Below, piece by piece: positions 56,520-64,000 of a stretch of 64,000 bases of DNA. Position numbers and translations under genes: made by a program. The DNA is taken from the NCBI GenBank assembly GCA_030141605.1, contig JAQGDQ010000589.1, positions 62,001-126,000 of the forward strand, read 5' to 3'. This DNA comes from Tubiluchus corallicola. Its lineage: Eukaryota; Animalia; Priapulida. Every line of letters starts with the position of its first letter. The stretch's first letter is position 1. The notes under the pieces are model-generated. The model searched no databases and had not been told where the DNA came from. It saw nothing but the letters and a program-made list of their open reading frames with translations.

Positions 56520-59500
56520 TCAAGCTTACACATAATGAATTAAACTATTTCGCTCAAAACCTGCTTGATGCTGGGGTTCCATTTGATGATCTGTCAACTG
56601 TCATATATGACTTTTATACAGAAGAGCAATTTGAGGAGTCGAAAGCATTTCTTGTATGTCTTATTCCGTCTAGTATTACTGACAGACCCGAGTTCATTAA
56701 GAACAGAATTGGGCCTGCAAAACGGAAGGCCATGGCTGCAGATATCAAACTGGTCCAATTTTTAAAAGGATGCCATAACTCAGATTTGCTGCAGTTTTTT
56801 TCACAACAAGTGCCACCCAAGTCTCTTAAATCAGTTGACATTACTGTCCTGATGAAGCAGCTTCAGATTATGCGACAAGATATTACCTGTCCTAAAGCTA
56901 ACACGGTCTCAAAAAGCGACCTAGATGAGGCGTTACAAACACATTTAGGTTCTGCTACATCACGTTAAATGAGCTTTGCTGAAGCTCTCAAAAACAAACC
57001 TCATTACAAACCGTATGAGACTCAGTCAACAAAAGCTAGCGTTGATGTCCCAGAAAGTTAAAATAAAGTTACAAATGAGACAAAAGATAACGAGGGTTTG
57101 GTCACTGTGAACAGAGATCGTCGCCAAAACGCTAAGCGCATTGTCACAGTTGTTGCAACAGGCCAAGACTTATACATCAGGGCTAGCAAACCTAGGAGAA
57201 GAATTTTTGTTATGCGCCTGCATCGAAACACCCAAGCGAGTGAAGTTGAACAATTTCTTGCTGACAATTTTTCAATAACTGTTGAGGCTGAGCAATTAAA
57301 AACAAAGTACGATAAATATACATTTGACGTAAATTGCTTTGGAGATCTAATTATGAACTCTGACATCTGGCCTTCCGGAACCTTTCTAAAGCCGTTCTAC
57401 ACATCTAATAAGGTATATCGTAATAACAAAGCAAAATCTACGACATCATTGCAAGTTTCATTTAGGGTTGCCCCTAACTGGAATAGAACTACATGTAACT
57501 TAAATTCTGAACTCCAGGAGCAACCAGGCGCGTCATTGACAGTTGATACAGATAATGGCGATGATGATACAGGAGAATAAAATTCGTTTAGTGAGCTACC
57601 ACTGTAATTCACTAAAACATCCTGAATCTAGACAGGTTATAAACAGCATTTGTGAATCCAGTGATATAGTCCTGTTGCAAGAAACCTTGCTACCAAAGCA
57701 AGATCCGGCTACTCTGCATCCAGACTTCCATGGAACAGGTGTCAGTAACATATTATAGTGCCGGTACATACACATGCAGGCCTCGGGAGGTCTGGCTATG
57801 TTGTGGAGAAAATCTATTATTGCAGGTATAAAACACTTATCTTTGACAACGAAAACAGAATAATTGGACTGTGATTTTAGTTTGATTTTACCTTGTAAAT
57901 TAATAAGCTTGACTCCACTTAACGTGTATTTTCCGTATGAGTCGGACGACAACACTGAGTAATTCCGGTTTTGTTTGAGGAAAATGTTTCCATTGATAGA
58001 AACGTGAGAAACCAGTTGTGTTTGCTGTGCAGGACACTTAAACTCGCACACCACGAGAAACGTTTTTAAAGAGTTAAATGATTCGTGTAGTGAAAGTGGC
58101 TGTATTCTATCAGATGTCAAACGTTTACCCGACTCATCGTTTACATTTCTCAGCCACGCACACAATACATGCTCATGGTTGGATCACATTGTATGTGCAA
58201 TTGCCTTAGACACATTAGTAATGAACATTAATGTTAATTGTGATGTGACTAGCCGAGATCATATGGCAATCAATGTATCATTCAATTTAGAAAACATTTT
58301 GGATAAACTTTTGAATGAGTTTGGAGAGCTTACTAGCAATACTGCAGAGGGAGTTCTAGAAAGCATTGAACGAAGATGCCTAACTCCAACCAATACGCAA
58401 CACAGTCATACTGCAAATTGGGACAACGGCACAGAGAGACATATCACTGGATACCGCAATATAACTTATTCAACATCATCAGAGGTACACCCTCCTTATC
58501 ACGCATTGTTGTGTGCACGTAATGACTGCACGTCAGTTGGGCACAGGAACCAATTGAACGCATATATTCCAACCACTGCAGACGCACATCGCAGGGCTTC
58601 AAACACTAGCTATTCCTAAACGCACCAGTAATCAGAATAACGAACATCGTGGTTATAAAAGCTTTCCCGGATGGAATGATCATGTCCGGGAAATACATCA
58701 ACTTGCAAGACAATGTTTTTTTGTGGCGCTTCCATGGTAAACCTCGACATTGTTTTCTGGCTGAAAACTTGAAGCGTACGCGTGCACAATTTAAATATGC
58801 TGTCAGAGACTGCAGGAGACATGAGGCTGCATTTGACTTAATGAACTACCGCAAGCTATTCCTTAAATTACTACAAACTACAGTTCCGAAAATTATTGTA
58901 CGTGTGTTGTACTTTCATTATTCAGACGCTTATTGTTAGATGGGGCCTATTTAATCCCCAAGTCTTTAGGAACAGTGTAAAAGGTGGAATACTGTCTCCT
59001 GTTCTTTTCAACCTTTATTTCACGTATCTTAGTGTTAATTTATATGTTAAAAACACATAAAGGCTGTTGCATTGGTGAAAAACATGTTAACCATTTAATG
59101 TATGCCGGCGATGTGTGTCTCCTGGCAACAAGAATAAGTGCTTTACAACAGCTACTGATATATATATATGAAGTATTCTGTCGAAAATGACATACAAGTG
59201 ATTGAGAGTAATCTCTGTTAAATTAATCTCTGTTAAATCAAGTAGCATATCACAAGTATCGTTTAGCTCATTATATGTAAAAATTGTGGTATAAGCTCAT
59301 GTTGTCAAGAAAAATACTTAGGGCATATCATAGCTTCTGACAACAAAGACTTATACATCATAAGGCAAGTTCTCTGTTTTATTGTAGAGCAAACAAACTG
59401 CTAAATACATTTAAAAAATGTAGTGATGATGTAAAAAGATATTTCATAAACAGCTACTGTAGTAACTATTGCTGTGTGGCTACATGGAAAAACTACAATC

Positions 59501-59920
59501 TTTACAATTATAAAAACCTAAATGTAACATACAATGTATTACTGCGTAAATTTTTCGGAAAACCGTTCGGCTTTCGTACAAGACAATTATATGTGTATCC
59601 TATGAAAACCTTGATTTTATTAGAAGAAAATGTGTGTTTAGCCTGCATGTAAGGATAACAAACAGTAGTAACGCCATTGTGAATCAACTGCGTAATAGTG
59701 ATATTACGTACACGTCAAATATGAGTGCTAATTAGCGGTCAATCTTATACACATGATTATTATTTTTATTTTATTTATATGGGGTAGGGAATTAGGTTAC
59801 AGATGGTTTAGTATTTTTGTGTTTGTTCATAAATAGTATCTATAATTTGTGTGTGAATGTATGTGTTATATACTATACACCTTGAGCGTGAAATAAGAAG
59901 TTAAATTCAAATTCAAATTT
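56520..59920 (+). mobile_element. Degraded, internally deleted LINE (ORF1, APE endonuclease, RT remnants, (AAATTC)n tail); RTE-X/CR1-like, clade uncertain
   Basis: ORF1 RRIFVMRLHRNT...LKTKYD...IWPSGTFLKPF; APE LVSYHCNSLK..DIVLLQET and WLDHIVC; RT NHLMYAGDVCLL and KYLGHII; tandem tail at ~59903-59919. Confidence 0.75.
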
Positions 59921-61434
59921 GCAACAAGTATCATCAGCAGGTAAAAGTCACACCTGTAGTTACCAATGTTAATAATTTACCTGTTCAAAACAAATTTTGT
60001 AATACCAAAAGTGTTTGTTTAATATCTCACAAGTTTACAACAATCTAAACAGTGTACAAAATTAAAAATAACTATGCAGTCGGGGACATTAATGTCAGAA
60101 AATGTTAGATTTGCATCACCTGTAATTACACTGGTTTGTTAGTTTACCTGGAAATGACAACCTGGAGCACGTGTACAACAAATGGGCATAGTTATTTTCC
60201 CTTTTTTCATTTTCATTAGCACTATAGACCAATGTTTTTAATTGTATCACCTGTAATAAATTATCTGTATCAAACACAAACACTCCAAAGATGCGCTGTC
60301 GATATATTTGTTCATAAGTTATGGAAATTTTTTAAAAAGACGTCAAAACAAACATAAAATTGTAACATAAAAAATTTTAAACTCTCGTGTGAAAAAACTA
60401 ATTACTATAACTTACTTTTAAATAAATTACCACAGGTAGCACAGGTAAATAACAAAGGTACTCAAAATTCATCGAAAATAAGTACACTGGCTATGCTTGC
60501 GTACAAACTGCCAGAAAGAGAATTATACTTAAAAGTACTCTCCCAAACCCCATACCAACCAACAACTTCCTCAGTTGTATGTAAATTTACTGAAAATTGT
60601 AACACAAACTTTGAAAGCCATTTTCTCCCAATCTTTGCTCAGAAACATGTAGAGAGCTGAAACTGATACTAAAATGACTGTCATAAACAGGAGAATAAGA
60701 ACATACCTATACCTAAAAATTAATACCTAACGCACTATGGACGGATTTGCTACGCACCAACATATAAAGGTAAATTAAGAATTACGGTAAAGGTAAAGTA
60801 ATACTTAATTAGGTTTAAGTTTTTACTTGAATAAGGCTGTAAGACAATAATTATAGACTGTACAAACAAAATTAAGTGCCATGCACGTCAGCCAAGTAAT
60901 AGCAAGCCTAAATAAGCAAATTCAGAATGCTAAAGTAGAGGCTAGACTAAATACTTTTCTTACATATAGTGTAAATCATGAGCCAGTGCAGCTAGCTTAA
61001 AAATAAACGTAATTCTTTTGCAATATCGATCAAATATTTCAGTACTGAACACTGAAATGAAATATTAGCGAGAGAGAATTTAATACTTAATACTTAAAGA
61101 ACTCATAACGCTCTCTAGTTTGTAACAAATTAACATGTCCAAGTAGGTTTCCCCTTTTTTATGCACACGTTTTTATGGCTAGAACTATCATACTACGCCT
61201 ATAAATCGTGCGAAACATTAAGCAGTATCTGAATAGAACCGGTACAACTAAAACGTACCTCTTGTACAAGCTTCGTTTTCTTCGTTCGTCACGTGAGTCG
61301 CCACGCCGTTGTTAACGATGCTGCTATGCAATGCGCAGATATTATGCGCCAACAGAAAGACACAGAGTCATATTAATGTTCGAGTGTGATGCCTGATGTA
61401 GTTTTAGTGAATTTTAATTTACAATTATATTGTG

Positions 61435-62502
61435 ATGTTGTTAAACAGTTTAAATTATCATATCCCGAGACATGCACAAATGGTGTTATTTCTTTGTATT
61501 GTGGTCATTTACAACTTGACGTTCTCCTCGCTTTATTCTAACGAAATCAGCAAATTAGAAGAAAAGACGTCACACAAAGATATGTTGGTTGAATTTGCTA
61601 AAAATAATACAGAAAAAATAATAGATCGCAAGACGAAGGGCTTAACAACCGATGAGAACAATCACAACGGTCAAAAATTCGTCGAAGATAATGTAACACG
61701 GCAAGAAAGCTGCCCTACTGGTACGGAAAGAAGATTACCTGGCTGTGTCATTATCGGATTTCAGAAATGTGGTACTGCTGCGCTCCTTAAAATGCTCAAA
61801 CTGCATCCTAGGATAGCTGTGAGAGACTGGTGGCCAATGGAAATGAACTACTTTAATTTGAAGCACCTAAGACCATTAGACTGGTACAGAGGTGTTATGC
61901 CATGTTCCACACCTGATCAAATCACTATGGAGAAGAGTCCCAGGTATGTAGTGAACTGGAAGACACCCAGACGAATGAAAGATAAGCTACCAGATGTAAA
62001 ACTCATCGTCATTGTCCGAGATCCGGTCGCACGAACAGTCTCCCATTACCTGGAGCACACGGGTGGCAGAATTACATTTGAAGATTACATAACAGATGTT
62101 GCGAGTGGACACATCAACAAAAACACGACGGCAATTCAACACAGTCTATACCACAAACACATTTCAGAATGGTTGAAAGTGTTCCCCCGCTCACAGTTAC
62201 TAGTAGTTTCTGGTGAACAGTTTGTAAAACATCCTATGTTTGTACTGATGGAAGTGGAGGTGTTTTTGCAGTTACCTCATCTTATTCCCAGCAGTGCTTT
62301 TGTTTTTAACAAAAGAAAGGGATTCTATTGCTATCACGAGAAGACACCAACTGAATATAAAAAAGAAGTGACGTGTTTAACAGCTGACAAAGGGAGAACT
62401 CATCCCAAAATATCTTCAAAATTGTTGATGGAATTAAGGACGTTTTTTGAATCCTCAAACAAAATGCTGTATAAATTAGTTGGTCGAAATTTCTATTGGT
62501 GA
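61435..62502 (+). CDS. Heparan sulfate 3-O-sulfotransferase-like (HS3ST1/5 family) sulfotransferase, intact, single coding exon
   Basis: Signal anchor MVLFLCIVVIY; RRLPGCVIIGFQKCGT (5'-PSB), WYRGVMP, ITMEKSPRY, KLIVIVRDPVARTVS (3'-PB), WLKVFPRSQLLVVSGE, FNKRKGFYC...CL..DKGRTHP, GRNFYW*. Confidence 0.92.
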   Translation: MLLNSLNYHIPRHAQMVLFLCIVVIYNLTFSSLYSNEISKLEEKTSHKDMLVEFAKNNTEKIIDRKTKGLTTDENNHNGQKFVEDNVTRQESCPTGTERRLPGCVIIGFQKCGTAALLKMLKLHPRIAVRDWWPMEMNYFNLKHLRPLDWYRGVMPCSTPDQITMEKSPRYVVNWKTPRRMKDKLPDVKLIVIVRDPVARTVSHYLEHTGGRITFEDYITDVASGHINKNTTAIQHSLYHKHISEWLKVFPRSQLLVVSGEQFVKHPMFVLMEVEVFLQLPHLIPSSAFVFNKRKGFYCYHEKTPTEYKKEVTCLTADKGRTHPKISSKLLMELRTFFESSNKMLYKLVGRNFYW

Positions 62503-64000
62503 CCTCTGATTGGATGTCTAGTCATTGATATGATTGATAAAATTGCAAATGGTCATTTTTTATCGTGTTTCATATAAATAAGCAATCAGCTGTAATTAAA
62601 AGGTAAAAAGGTGAAACCTGACCAATTCCTAATCAATATTTGTTTGGTATTTTCGTTTTACGGTAAGTGCAAATAAACATTAGTATACCCTAATTACCTA
62701 TTCTTTGTCTTAAATAAACCAGCAGCATACCACATGCAGTTGTTGAACCTGGTAAACGCCATGATGCAAATGCAAAACTGAAGACATGAAATTACTAAAT
62801 AAAACGAACAACTTTATTGACGACTAAGCGTTGGTCCCTCATTAATAGAAAAATATAACCGTTAGCATAAATACATGTACCAAGAATAAGTTGAAATATT
62901 AGCTACTGCCAATTTTGTGTGCACAATTAGCTACGTGCCAAGTTTGTTGAATCGTCACTTTTTATGTCTTCTATATGGACACAATTATAGCGTTGAATAG
63001 GCTGCGTATATAATTGTGATTATTAAGCAGAGCAAAAATTGCTTTTTGTAAAATACGGTCGGCGAAAAGTGGTAAATTTGATCAATTAACAATAACTACA
63101 ATAATTTATTTTTTTACGAGCAATACAAAGCATTTCCTCAACTCTTTACAAAACAATAAAATTAACAGTAAATTTAAGAATTCGGGTACGAATTAAAAAT
63201 ACTAGTAAAGTAATGTCAGCTGACACAGGAAGCAATGATTCTAAGACAGTATTCACTTTTACAAACTCCGAGATTATTTATAGTTATTATTTAATGCCTT
63301 GCAACACTGGTGGGTCTTCTGTAAGGAGAATTCAGGTATTGTTAATTATGATAGAAAAGGTCTTGCCTAAAACGATCAAAGTATTCTACCTTCTGAAATA
63401 TGGTTGATTATTATCCCACTTCATCTAAATGGATCGCACTGTGAGAAACATTTGGAACGTTGTCTACTGAAAACACATGATGTTCATTATTCCACCATCT
63501 CAATTATCAAATATTAACACCCCAATATTTTAAAATACAAGTCCAATATTATTTTCTATTAGGAATACGTGCGTGCGTGCAAATTATAATTAGTTGACTA
63601 TTTTTTTGGTAGCATTAGAACCAGAAGATTAAGAATCAGGCAAACATTGTCTTCTGGTATAACTAGCGCAAAAGTGGACTGCCAAAGTGTCAAGTTTGCA
63701 ACAGATGTTACAAAGTAGGATAGTGAAACAATCGTGCTTTGCATAGTCCGAATTGACCACAAATGAGCTGTGTTTGCACCTTTAAAATGTTAGTTTTACA
63801 TACATAGATAAACTAGAACTTATTTGCCTGATAGTTTACATTTTCGTACATTTAAGAGGAGTACACGAGCTAGCAAAGCAAATGAACGAAAACTTCTAGT
63901 ACTTTTTAATGAAATATTTTAATAAAATGATGAATTACCTACGAATTAAAATTAGATTTTGCTCAAATTTAAAATATTTTAAAACGAAATCAATATTGTT

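Noticed and set aside
63213-63470. Ulp1/C48 protease-like motif IIIPLHLNGSH (plus strand)
   Set aside because: A single short motif in a broken frame; the rest of the catalytic triad is not recognisable.

Overview
AT-rich, transposon-dense eukaryotic DNA, most likely from an invertebrate animal (spliceosomal introns, microsatellites, LINE/Gypsy/BEL/R2-like/DNA-transposon debris). Every recognisable host gene is, or looks like, a Golgi type II glycan-modifying enzyme: a disrupted alpha-1,3-fucosyltransferase (GT10, 12242-13335), an intact DUF268 methyltransferase-like protein (15478-16560), a 3-exon WSCD-type sulfotransferase with a 1-nt frameshift (23357-28022, minus), an orphan signal-anchor exon (40598-40873) and an intact but divergent HS3ST-like sulfotransferase (61435-62502). 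This suggests a fucosylation/sulfation/O-methylation gene neighbourhood. Other structures: two inverted Gypsy copies bracket the FucT and DUF268 genes; a young RT-encoding LINE sits inside a (TC)n tract, with the empty-site paralogue in the same window; and an R2-A-like 5' fragment lies outside rDNA. All calls come from motif recognition and by-eye alignment, so repeat boundaries are approximate.
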